Below, one piece after another: positions 52,272-62,596 of a stretch of DNA of 64,000 nt. This stretch comes from Selaginella moellendorffii (lineage: Eukaryota > Plantae > Lycopodiophyta), in contig NW_003314313.1 in NCBI RefSeq assembly GCF_000143415.4, positions 142,418 through 206,417 of the forward strand, in the 5' to 3' direction. A model generated the notes under the pieces. The model was not told the DNA's origin and did not search any database. It saw only the letters and a list, made by a program, of their open reading frames with translations. The position numbers were made by a program, and so were the translations under genes. Every line of letters starts with the position of its first letter. Within the stretch, counting starts at the first letter, position 1.

Positions 52272-53189
52272 TCAGTTTGAGAGGTTTTCCATCAAAGTTC
52301 TCGCGCTTTTGAGCTCTGCAAGGCTTGTGTTTAGAAGAAGACGAGAAAGCGAGAGGAGGAAAGGCAAAAGAGAAAGACCTGTCAAAAGAGTTGTGAGCTT
52401 TACGTAACTTAAGTTCATATCGGTGTTTTTGTCCTCGTCCTTGTTGTTGTTCTCACAGGGCTGAGTTAATCGCAACAATATATCATTGCTGGGCTTGTGC
52501 ACTTGCCATCCAGTAATACATATGGGAGGAACTGCAAGGAAGTAAAGAAAAACAAGAAAGAGCTTTAGCCAAGCACATATCTGGTCCTTACTCCGTGGAG
52601 TTTGTCCCGAGAGCCTTGACAGCAATCTATCTTTGCTTTCCTTGTAAACAACGCAGAAGGAATCGGTATGCTCTGTAGCAAGCTAAGCTCAGGGACGCAT
52701 TTTTATAACAAAGCAAGGAAAAAGAGCCTACCCGCTGGTAAACCGAGCTGTTGAGCTTCTTTAGAAACGGTGACGTCGTCCACATCAAATCTCGCTGCAC
52801 TGGTTATAAGAAAATGGAGTGCTGCGATACATGCCTTGATATCTGCAAAAGAAATCAGGTTGCTTCGATTACACTCGTTTCAACTCACCAAGAGAGGCAC
52901 TCGCTGAGGCTACTTCCAACGCTTTCTCATACTGGGAAAAGAAAAGAACAAACGAATCAGGGACGACACTAATCAGTAAGCTTGGCACTCACATCAAAAG
53001 CTTCTCCCAAGATCTGGCGAAGTATTTCGAGTGTCAAAAGCTGAAAGTCTGCAGAGCTCTGAAAAGACTCCACTCACTTAGATACTCTAGTCGTGAGAAT
53101 CGGATGCCAAGTACCAGTTTGGAGAGCGTGTAAATTCCGGAGAGGACCCAGTCTGGAGCATCTTCTCCACCGAAAACCCGAAACTTCAT
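52272..53189 (-). CDS. COMMD4: COMM domain-containing protein 4 homolog (about 7 short exons)
   Basis: Exon 53115-53189 is MKFRVFGGEDAPDWVLSGIYTLSKL; later exons give DIKACIAALHFLITSAARFDVD..QQLGLPAEH, GWQV and ELKSARTLMENL. This follows the animal COMMD4 pattern MRFRFCGDLDCPDWVL...LQQLGLPKEH...ELKQAQTLM as recalled. Confidence 0.82.
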
Positions 53190-53946
53190 CCTCGCTAGAG
53201 CCCTAAGATCTGATAATTACAGGTGTTGGTACAGCCTACTTACCCGAGCTCAGAAAGCACTTGCGTCACCAACAAAGCTGGAAACCGCTTCCTTGGGATC
53301 CAGAACTTTCTCCCGGAATCCCAAGACCTCGAGATGCCAACGTTGTCAGATTCTGGTCGATCCTTCATGCCTGTCCATAAATGTATCAGCGACCATTGTG
53401 TGCAACCAGAAATAACAGGACCCATAGCTTTCCATTCGTCAGGACGATTCCAAGGTGGCATGTATATCGTCTCCCGTCAACAAAGCCGGTGCTTATATAT
53501 ATTCCTCTACGCGCGATTCCACTCCACTATAGCCTGTGTCGGAATTATTTGGCACTGGAACAACACAGCGCTGGTAAAATCGCAGACCAACTTCCAAGAT
53601 GTTACCTCAGTGCTGGGCAAGGCTTACACTTTAGCACCCATAATATCCCACTGTTGGCCTACTTGTATTCTCTTTCCTGTCAAACGAGTAATAGAGAAGT
53701 AAAAAACATATGTGGTCTACCTTTAAAGGATCCATTGGCCATTTTCCTCCCTCTTTCCTCCATTTTTTTAACCTGTCCATTTGATCCGGATCCTTGTGAA
53801 AGATCGCATTGTTCCCAGTAAAAGCTACAACCAGGTTATGTTAGTCTAAGCAGCCTTTTCAGCTGTTGAGAGGATACGCTATCGCTATATAAATCAAAAG
53901 AAAAAAACTAGCAAGCCATACCTCGAGTCACCTCGGAAAGAGATAA

Positions 53947-54396
53947 ATGGCGAGAGCTCCTGTTGCAGTAGCAGTCTTCCTGGTTCTTCTCCTCCTATCC
54001 TTGCTCCAAATCTCTCCTGCTGCAGGTTTGTTGTGCTGAAAGAAGGTTGTTCTTTCCGCTACTAACAGATTTGAACTTTCAGCATCCAATCTAGTAGCAC
54101 CGCGTAAGCTGCTTCTAGTCGTCTTGCATGATGGAGAACCCGCTCCTCCTGGAAAGGTCTGATAACTCTCTTCTTCTCAAACCGTGTTTCTTCAGTAGCA
54201 AGCTTTAGAGAAAAGAAGAAGAAAAGAGGGAAATCACCTGACAGTTAGTTTGAATTTCAACTGTTTGCAGCTATATCACTCGTCTCGCTGGATTTCCGAA
54301 GAAGGCAGCTTTGATGAGCAAGTCTTCCATACTGACTATCCCAACCCACACCGGGGACCTTCACCTGGTGGACATTCTAACAAGCCAGGAATCTAG
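53947..54396 (+). CDS. Small secreted peptide-hormone precursor (RGF/GLV-like with CEP/PIP-like tail)
   Basis: Exons 53947-54025, 54083-54156 and 54271-54396 give MARAPVAVAVFLVLLLLSLLQISPAAASNLVAPRKLLLVVLHDGEPAPPGKLYHSSRWISEEGSFDEQVFHTDYPNPHRGPSPGGHSNKPGI*, with canonical GT-AG introns. Confidence 0.72.
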
Positions 54397-54401
54397 AAAC
54401 T

Positions 54402-55033
54402 TTACTCGGAAGCCTGCGGTGCTCGAGCCGAGCGAGAGATATCCTCAGTCTCTTCGATAATTCGTCCGTCCAGGGGTATCAGATTAGGAATTCCATCGAT
54501 GATCTGCGGGAAAAGCGAGCAGTCAGAAGGAATGAACAAGAGAAACACACGCATAAAGAAGAAAAAAAGAAGAAAGAGAAAAGAATAAAAAAAGAAGAAG
54601 AAGAAGAAGAAGAAAAAAAGTAACCAATAAAGCTACGAAGTTTTGTAAGTCACAGTCGTGTAGAGAGCTCTCATCACACGCACCGGATATGCGACGCCCA
54701 GTTCGTCGCTGATGAGCTCCTGTCTCTTCTCACTATATCTGTGAATGATGGATCATCAGTGAGCATACCAGTGTTTTTCAGCATCTAGAGAAAATTTTAA
54801 CTCTATTTTCTTCCGAGGATTCGATGCCGATTTCCTGGCGGCAATGATAAACAAATGAAATAGCAGGGAATTCCAATCCAGTACAATGCCAGGCGCGACG
54901 AAAGAGAGAAGAATTTTTGCTGCCTATCGATTCCATAGGTCGATGATTGATCGTACCTGAGACCCGTCTTGCTGAGCGGGCACACCAGGAACTCGAGCAG
55001 CTTTGGATCGAACGCGCGCTTGGCCATCGCCAT
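54402..55033 (-). CDS. Trm112-like UPF0434 / PreY (PYURF) family protein
   Basis: FDPKLLEFLVCPLSKTGLR/YSEKRQELISDELGVAYP/IIDGIPNLIPLDGR; 3 exons. Confidence 0.88.
54555..54620. repeat. GAA/AAG-rich microsatellite in the PreY intron
   Basis: Visible (gaa)n run. Confidence 0.7.
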
Positions 55034-55134
55034 GAAAATCCACTCCCGGTGAAATATTTCTCTCGGGGAAGACGAAAATTAGGGTTTATGGAATCTAACA
55101 ACTCGATTTTATACCACTTTCTTTTGCAAGTGCC

Positions 55135-55207
55135 GCTCCCGTGGCCTAATGGACAAGGCATCTGACTTCTAATCAGGGGATTGTGGGTTCGAGTCCCACC
55201 GGGAGTG
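55135..55207 (+). tRNA. tRNA-Arg(UCU)
   Basis: Acceptor stem GCTCCCG/CGGGAGT, D-arm TGGCCTAATGGACAAGGC, anticodon loop CT-TCT-AA, T-loop GGTTCGAGTCC, TTTT terminator at 55209. Confidence 0.95.
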
Positions 55208-55830
55208 CTTTTAAAACCTTCGTTTTAAGCTGTATGCCGTCGGATTTGAACGATATGGGCCGTTGGATTTTAAGCCGTCACGGGCCGTTGGATTTAGGGA
55301 CTAGAGCTGTTACTAAGCGTTGGATGTAGGGCTCTTGGTTTTCTAGGTTACATTCTTTTTTGCCCGTGATGACGCGAAGTCATGCACCACTCCAAGGAAG
55401 GATTCGTGCGATTCCTCTCTCTGTGCGGAGATGACTATAGGCTGCTGAGGCTTTTGGGTTTTAGATTTCAATGTTTCGTTCCCGATGATTATCAACGAAG
55501 TTGATAGGATTGATGCTCGCTCTCGTGGAGCAGAGCGTGATGCCAAACCTTTCTCCAAATGAGGGAACGAAAGAGATATAGATCGTGGTTCCTGGACAAT
55601 CCCCATGATTAGAAATCAAAGTATTAGCTCTATCTGAGACAATGCCTGCTGAAAACTCTCAATGAGGGATTGCAAGAGAGGAACTTTAGAAGGTTGAAAG
55701 TTCCAGGGGATTTTTTGGAAGTTCTTCGATTTATTCGTTTAATGCACAAGCCTCTCGAGTCCTCCACGGCTGGGGATCAAGAGCATAGCCATAAATAATC
55801 TTTGTCTTGGGTGTAAATCTTCGCTGTCTG

Positions 55831-56752
55831 TCAATACGCGCTTAAATCTGTCACGGATCCAGGGGCCGGCAATCGAGTCCCCAGTGGTGTGCTACCATTG
55901 TCTTGCTGCGATTGAGAAGGGCTGCCTTTGCCACCCATAACGTTGAGCATCTTTAATCTCAGCATCTCTCTACCTGCGAGAAAACATCGAGAAAACTTTG
56001 ATCCAGCCAAGCCAAACTTGAGAAACTTTCGCTTACCTTCTTCCATGGAAAGCATCAGAGCTCGGTACTCCAAGTTAAACGCATGCCCGCTACGAGCAGC
56101 GGCCGATAGAGATCTCAACGCTGCGAGGAGAAACTTAGAGCTACGATCAAACAGAAACGAACTTTTGGAACTCACCTTCGAGGAGATCTTTCTGGTCAGC
56201 CTCGTCACAGAGCTTGAGAAACGCTTGCAGCTCGAGGAACCGCTTGTGGTGGCTTTGCAACGACGATTCCTCGCTCGAGTTTGACGACGGACGATCGTCA
56301 CTGCTCCCGCCTGGAGTTGCCACCGACGGGGATTTGCCATGATCTCCAGCGGCAGTGGAGTCGCTCCTCCGGTTTGGAGTCGTGCTCGGCGATGGAGTCT
56401 CCTCGGTGGTGACTTCCATCTCCACGTCCGTGTCCACCGACAGCAAAGTTGGTTCTCTAGACGAGAATGTTGTTGTGTCAGCTTGGATTGGAGCGTGGGC
56501 CGGGAATGTTAGTATCTTCGAACTAGGCCGCCTCCAGTGGACTTCTTCGTTTCCTTCTTCTTGCTCGTGTTCTTCCTGTTCTTCCTGTTCTTCCAGCGTT
56601 TTAGTAACTTCTAGCAGCTCGATATCTTCGTTGTCTCCTTCCTCTTCTTCCTCGTCACCGTCTTCTTGACGGCTTTTACAATCGTTGCCCGACTCATCTT
56701 CTTCCGCCAGTAGATTAAAATCCATCGCCGCTGCTTCGCTGCTATCCATCAT
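55831..56752 (-). CDS. LIN52-like DREAM complex subunit with an acidic disordered N-terminus
   Basis: C-terminal RFLELQAFLKLCDEADQKD..ALRSLS..GHAFNLEYRALMLSMEEGREMLRLKMLNVM resembles the LIN52 motif (A.QL.L.E.REM.R.K.LN.L); 3 exons. Confidence 0.68.
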
Positions 56753-57235
56753 TCTAAGCGACTAATCCTTCCTGCAGTTCTTCCGCTACTGCGATCTTCC
56801 CTAGACCTCATACCACGACCTTATCCGATATTACCATGAATTATCCCATGCCAGGTCCTCTCCGATGGAAATCTCGAGAAATTCCTCCAGGGATCGCAGC
56901 CGCCAATCCGGATTTCGCGGGAAGCCGCAGAATTACACTGCCGGGAGAGCCGCTCGCGGCGCCCTCGCCTGCCCTACCTCGTCTTCGTCTTCGTCGATTG
57001 GAGCCCTAAACACGGCGCAGAGCTACAAACCGCTACGCGCAGCGCCTCAATCGTCCTTTGCGGAGATCTCGCCTCGCCGATCCCAGGCCAAATCGTCCAC
57101 CCGCTCGCGAGAAACTGATTGATTCTCTCTTTCCCCTGTTCACTAACGGAAAGCAAGGGGAGGATATCCGCAAGATGCCGGCACCTTTTGGCATATTCCT
57201 GTGTCTGTTGTTAAACAAACAGGGCTGTGGGTATG

Positions 57236-57308
57236 ACCAACGGCTCTGTTAAATGGAGCCGTTAGAGAGCCATTCCCTAACAGAGTCCGTGGCTATAACT
57301 GACGGCAT
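57236..57308. promoter_or_regulatory. Cluster of MSA-like (YCYAACGG) elements
   Basis: ccaacggct at 57237 and agccgttagag (reverse complement ctctaacggct) at 57257, plus degenerate copies. Confidence 0.4.
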
Positions 57309-57384
57309 TTAGGGTTCCTCTTTTTCATCATTTTCACTTTCCTAATTTTTAGGGTTCTTCGCTTTCCGCCAAGGGTTCTCCGCG

Positions 57385-57606
57385 ATGATCGAGGTGATTC
57401 TCAACGATCGTCTGGGCAAGAAGGTGAGAGTCAAGTGCAACGAGGATGATACCATCGGCGATTTGAAGAAGCTCGTGGCGGCGCAGACGGGGACGCGCCC
57501 GGAGAAGATCAGGATCCAGAAATGGTACACGATCTACAAGGACAACATCACTCTGTCCGATTACGAGATCCGCGATGGAATGGGGCTGGAGCTCTACTAC
57601 AATTAA
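57385..57606 (+). CDS. UBL5: Ubiquitin-like protein 5 (Hub1), intronless
   Basis: [38 protein letters not shown]...GMGLELYYN. Confidence 0.97.
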   Translation: MIEVILNDRLGKKVRVKCNEDDTIGDLKKLVAAQTGTRPEKIRIQKWYTIYKDNITLSDYEIRDGMGLELYYN

Positions 57607-57739
57607 GGTGTGTTCTTATGAATTTTGTTTTTCCGTCTCACTGACTGAAAGATCTCTCCTCTTTTTCGCAGCGTGAAGGAAAGTTTGTGTTCATAGCTAT
57701 GGAAGCTTAAGAAAGAGGTGCTTTCCTTGTAAGCGTTTC

Positions 57740-59062
57740 TCACAAGTAATGTAAAGCAGACTTTTCTCTTAACTTGTCCACGAAGAAATCTAAGCTCTTG
57801 GGCGCTCGATCGGCAGCGAGCTTGAGCTTCTGTGCGTTTCTCCGGATCTCCTCCGACTCCATCACCTCCTTGATCGCTTCGGCGATCTGGAAGCTCTCGA
57901 GAGTGGCCAGTTTGACCCCGGCCTTGCGAAGCTCCACTAGGAGCTTGCAGTTGATGGGCTGATCCATAAAGGCCGGGAAGCCGAGGATTGGAACGCCGAG
58001 GCTGGAGCTCTCGAGGCATGAATTCCATCCGCAGTGCGTCAGGAACGATCCGGTGGATGGGTGTGATAGGATTCGTAGCTGCGGCGCCCAGTTTCGCAGG
58101 ATCAATCCAGATTTTTCCGCTCCAGTGGGGACGTAATCGCCATCGCCACTGAATTTCCAGATGAAAGGATGGCCGGATTGCTCGAGCCCACTCAAGATCT
58201 CGCGAGCGTCCTTCTCGTTTCGCTGGATGAGCGTTCCAAACGAGACGAAGACCACCGAGGATGGAGCTTGCGCGTCGAGGAACTCCATAATCTCCGCCTC
58301 TTCTTCCTGGCGGTGGGATCCGACGGTCGAGGATGGCTCGGGGATCAGCGGCCCAACCGCAAAGACGGGCGCACGGTGAGGATTGAGGCACGTGTCACGC
58401 ACCATGCCGGATAAGATTGACGGCTCCAGCTCGCGGTACGTGTTGACGAGGATGCCGTCCGATGCCTGTGCCTCAATGGCGCCTTCGAGAAAGTAATCCG
58501 CACGCCACGGGAAGGTATCTAGGTACGGGCTAAGATATTCCCTCGCAACGACCGTCATCCCGATAAACGGAATATCCACCGTCTCGTTCCTCGCGACCTG
58601 GAGCGGGAGCTTGGAATCCCTGGCGAGCGATGGCGCGAGTAGCGTAGCGGCAAATGCCGACGCGGATTCTGGGACGAGGATATAGCGCGGGATGCCCAGC
58701 AATCGTGCGGATTTGGCGAGTGTTCCACACACCTCGTCGCTAATCAGGCACGATGGTGGTGGCTGGAGCGATGAGACGAGCTGCTCGAATTCCTGGGCGA
58801 GCGAGGGCATGAGGAAGAAATCCCGGCTGAAATCGTTGGGCGCCGAGTCGAAATCGCGGGCGTGGAGCGCGACGAAGCGGATTTCTGGAGAATGTGGCCG
58901 GGACCTTGCGTCGCAGAGGCGCGATTCGTGGTGGGCGGGGTAGAGGAAGCTTACCCTAGCGCCGGAATCGACGAGGCGCGAGGCGAGAACCATGGCGGGG
59001 ATGATGCGGCCATGGACGGGATAGACGAAGACGAGGACGTGAAGAGCACCATCTCCTCCCAT
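57740..59062 (-). CDS. Family 1 UDP-glycosyltransferase, intronless
   Basis: PSPG box WAPQLRILSHPSTGSFLTHCGWNSCLESSSLGVPILGFPAFMDQ; SVVFVSFGT; likely start MGGDGALHVLVF. Confidence 0.92.
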   Translation of the reverse strand: MGGDGALHVLVFVYPVHGRIIPAMVLASRLVDSGARVSFLYPAHHESRLCDARSRPHSPEIRFVALHARDFDSAPNDFSRDFFLMPSLAQEFEQLVSSLQPPPSCLISDEVCGTLAKSARLLGIPRYILVPESASAFAATLLAPSLARDSKLPLQVARNETVDIPFIGMTVVAREYLSPYLDTFPWRADYFLEGAIEAQASDGILVNTYRELEPSILSGMVRDTCLNPHRAPVFAVGPLIPEPSSTVGSHRQEEEAEIMEFLDAQAPSSVVFVSFGTLIQRNEKDAREILSGLEQSGHPFIWKFSGDGDYVPTGAEKSGLILRNWAPQLRILSHPSTGSFLTHCGWNSCLESSSLGVPILGFPAFMDQPINCKLLVELRKAGVKLATLESFQIAEAIKEVMESEEIRRNAQKLKLAADRAPKSLDFFVDKLREKSALHYL

Positions 59063-60713
59063 TTTTGTTTCTTCGTTCTCTCTGTCCTCCTTTTGAAGAC
59101 AACCGGCAAGCTTGACTTTGTCGTGTGCTTGTTTGTTTTTTCCATTTTCGCACGAAAGTTGACAGAAAGTTGACGGATGCTGTCTTTTACATGAAAGTTC
59201 AATTGTCGAGTAGAATATTGCGGTGTTTCGTAGCAGACGCGTAGAATACTTCGCGGAAATAACTGCCCCACGGCGCACACAGTGAAAGCCAGTCAAAACC
59301 CTTCTAGTAGCCGTTGACTGGCTCACTCAATGCTGGTCAACTCCATCAACTATAACACGCCCAACTTTCTCCGCGCTTGTCTTTTAGACTGGGCCTCCTC
59401 TGCCAGAATTGTCTTTGCACAGACCTTTCAAACCTCGAGAAGATTCCTTTGCAATCCAGGCCGTCGGATCCTGCGACGTGGAATATTCCTCGCTTTGGCT
59501 ATTTGCCACCCGAGGCTGAGGCTCGGTGTGCGTGTGCAGGCAAAGGGCCACCGAAAACGCCCCGCCATCCGCCTTATCCGCGCGCACGACAGAATTTTGG
59601 AGGCACAACATTTGATACATGTCACCGATCTTTGGCCAGCCAAGCATTTCAATCTATACAATATACATTTATTTGCCTTGTCACAAAAATCAAAGAACTA
59701 CCCTAGGAAGAACATTGTAAACAATCTATCTCTGTTTCACTGGCCGCTACTACCGAAAGAATTATTAGTTTCCTTTCCCCCCACCTACAAAATTTAGTAT
59801 AAAAGAGTTTGTATGGCTTTGAATCTGAATCCAAATGGATGGATCGATCCCCACACTTCCACTGGCGATTTAGCTTAGAAAACAAGGGATCTCACATCAC
59901 ACACTGTGATTCATATCGTTACAAAGCCCTCAAGGATTTGCAACAGGGCAACACAAGAGATTTGCTTTGGTTTCTATGATGAAACTTTTGACCTTCCGAT
60001 AAGATGTCTGTTTCTAGTGCTTGCGAGGCCCCCTCACACAGTAGATACATACGTGTTTCTACGGCGTATATTATCACGTCCCTATTGTAGAGGTGTCCAG
60101 TAACGCTGATCGGTAATAATTTTACATCGTCGAGGATTTGTCCAATGGCCCGCTGGCCACTTGGCTGGTCCAAAAGTCAGTGTGGCGCCACGCCCCGTCC
60201 GTGCGAATAATGTCCATGAACGTGCACACAATGAATGATATGAGCCGTACAACTGGCGCTGTTTCTTACGTACGCATTGGCCACTCCGACCCGGCCTGGC
60301 AGCTCAGGCTCGGTGCCGAGCCTAGTCTCCGGACGCCAAGCTGGAATTCAAACATGGTTAAAATATGGACACACAAAGCAGCAAAGAGGAAGAAGCAAGG
60401 GCGATGGCGATGGCGAGGGCGATCGGCGAGGGAGAGTGCCGTAGATTTTTCTAGGGATTCACTCGGTTGATCGATCGAGCGTGTTGGCGCGGCGTGCCCT
60501 GCGATTGCTTCTCCGGCGGCAATCTTGTGTTTTGGGGGATTCGGCGAGGCATCCTGGGATTTCTACGGCACTCTAGCCGACCCTAGGGAGCAAGAAAGCG
60601 CGTCAGCGCCAGGAATGCGAGCTCTTCTTCTAGGTCTGTGTGACGATCTGTGCTGAGCGCCGGGGTATCGGACGGGAGAACACGAAATATTTCGGGAAGA
60701 GATTGGGGAAAGA

Positions 60714-62203
60714 ATGGAGGACCATGTCGTTCTGGATGTAGATCGGCTTTCCAGCTCCCCCGGAGCTTCTACCGCGTCGCCAGATTCATGCGCTGCTCAA
60801 GAACACAAGCCGCTGCTCTCATCCGCCAGGGCGCTCCAGCAATCGCCCCAGAGCGAGCACGTCGTCATCTTCTCGCCGGCCAGCGAGGAGGAATACGTCG
60901 AGGGCGGCGGGGGTTTCGTGGTCAAGAAGGGCAAAACCATTGACGACGACCTCGCATCGTTTGGAGGAGCCACGGGGGTGACTGTGGAATGTAGAATCTG
61001 CCAGGAGGAGGACGATGTGGGAAATCTGGAAGCTCCATGCGCGTGTTCTGGCAGTGTCAAGGTACTGGTTGATCCATTCCCATTTTCTTGCTTGCCTTGT
61101 TTCGTTATTTCTTTTTTTTTTCTTTCTTCATTGCTCATTCGATTCTTTGCAGTACGCGCACAGAAAGTGTGTCCAGCGCTGGTGTAACGAGAAAGGCGAT
61201 ACAACATGTGAGATTTGTCAAAAGGTTGGATTTACTCTCGCCCATGTTTTGCCAACTCTTTCTAGCGCTAGCTGATCGATTGGAATTTTTTCTTCCTTCT
61301 TTTTTGCTTTTCAGCCATACCAGCCTGGGTATACAGCTCCTCCTCGTCCTGTGGAACCGGAGGGAACCCCGATTGATTTGAGGTAAGCTATAAGCAGCAG
61401 CGCTCACTGTATTCGTTTCTAATTTCTCTCTTTCTTCTTTTCCATCCCCTGCTTGCATTGATGGCTCGTAGTGGCAACTGGGGTATCACTGGTCCTCATC
61501 AGCTCGATCTACGGGACCCCAGGATCCTGGCAATGGCCGCCGAAAGGCACTTCCTTGATTCGGACTACGACGAATACGCCTCCGCCAATGCAAGCAGCGC
61601 TGCCTGTTGCCGATCGGCCGCCCTCATCGTAAGCAAGCTCTCTCTCCGTCTCTCTCGCTCCCGAATAATATCTCCCTTGCCTCTCTCTCTAAGCACCATT
61701 GCGCTTTCTTTTTGCTAACTTTCTGCTTTGTTTGATCCCAGTTGATGGCCCTTTTACTGCTTCGCCACGCTCTGGCGATGGCATCCTCTGGCGCTGACGA
61801 TGACACATCGGCGCTGTTCACTGTAAGTCCGAGTCTATCCTTCTCTCCATGTGGAAGTACTAACATATATATATATATATATATGTATATGTTCTCTCCA
61901 TGTGAATTGGTCCAGCTATTCCTATTGCGAGCAGCGGGATTCCTTTTACCCTGTTACATCATGCTCCGGGCGCTGAGCATCCTACAACGACGTCGCCAGC
62001 AGCAAGTCAGTAAAATCTCCTTTTCCCCGAGTAAACAGCTTCTTACTTTTGTCCCTGCGCAGGAAGCCACAATGGCCGAAGTCGCGATTCTTATACAAGC
62101 CGGGCAAGCAGCCAGGAATGGCCAGTTCCCTCCCGCTGTTCCACCACCACCGCCACCACCACAATCATCAGCATCCACTATCCCGGTTCCAGCAGCAACT
62201 TGA
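60714..62203 (+). CDS. RING-CH (MARCH-type) E3 ligase with DUF3675
   Basis: [75 protein letters not shown]. Confidence 0.92.
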
Positions 62204-62596
62204 TCATCGAAAAGTCGAGAAGAGCTCACGAGAACACGCCGCGCGCTCTCCAGCTGCTTCTTGCGAGTCCCATTCGACCCCGTTGCCAGCGAGAGAGCTC
62301 TACACGATCACCATCACTACCATTAAGTTCCAAGCTCTATTTGTAAATAAGAAAAGGCCGCAATACCTTGGGAGGAGATCAACAGCAAGGAGGGAGGAGG
62401 AGACGTATCGTCTCTCCTATCCCTTTGGGTCTCCTTTTTAAAGTTGAGCTTCATTCTCTCTCCTGTCCCATGGGGAGGAAAGCTGTCTGAGCCGTGCATT
62501 GGGCTTTATCAAAAGAAAGATTATTTTTTTCTTCTTCCCCGTTGTCTCTCCACTTGTGCTCCGAAGAGGCAAGGGACGATGCTTTTCCTTTTTGCC

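Noticed and set aside
53223-53821. Plus-strand 146-159 aa ORFs
   Set aside because: No homology signal; they lie in the divergent upstream region of COMMD4 and the peptide gene.
55033-55207. Functional link between a Trm112-like gene and tRNA-Arg(UCU), a Trm9-Trm112 substrate
   Set aside because: The protein is the PreY/UPF0434 type rather than canonical cytosolic Trm112; adjacency is probably coincidental.
59063-60470. N-terminal extension of the UGT ORF (from 59326) and several 60-155 aa ORFs
   Set aside because: UGT homology starts at 59062; the other ORFs lack recognisable features.
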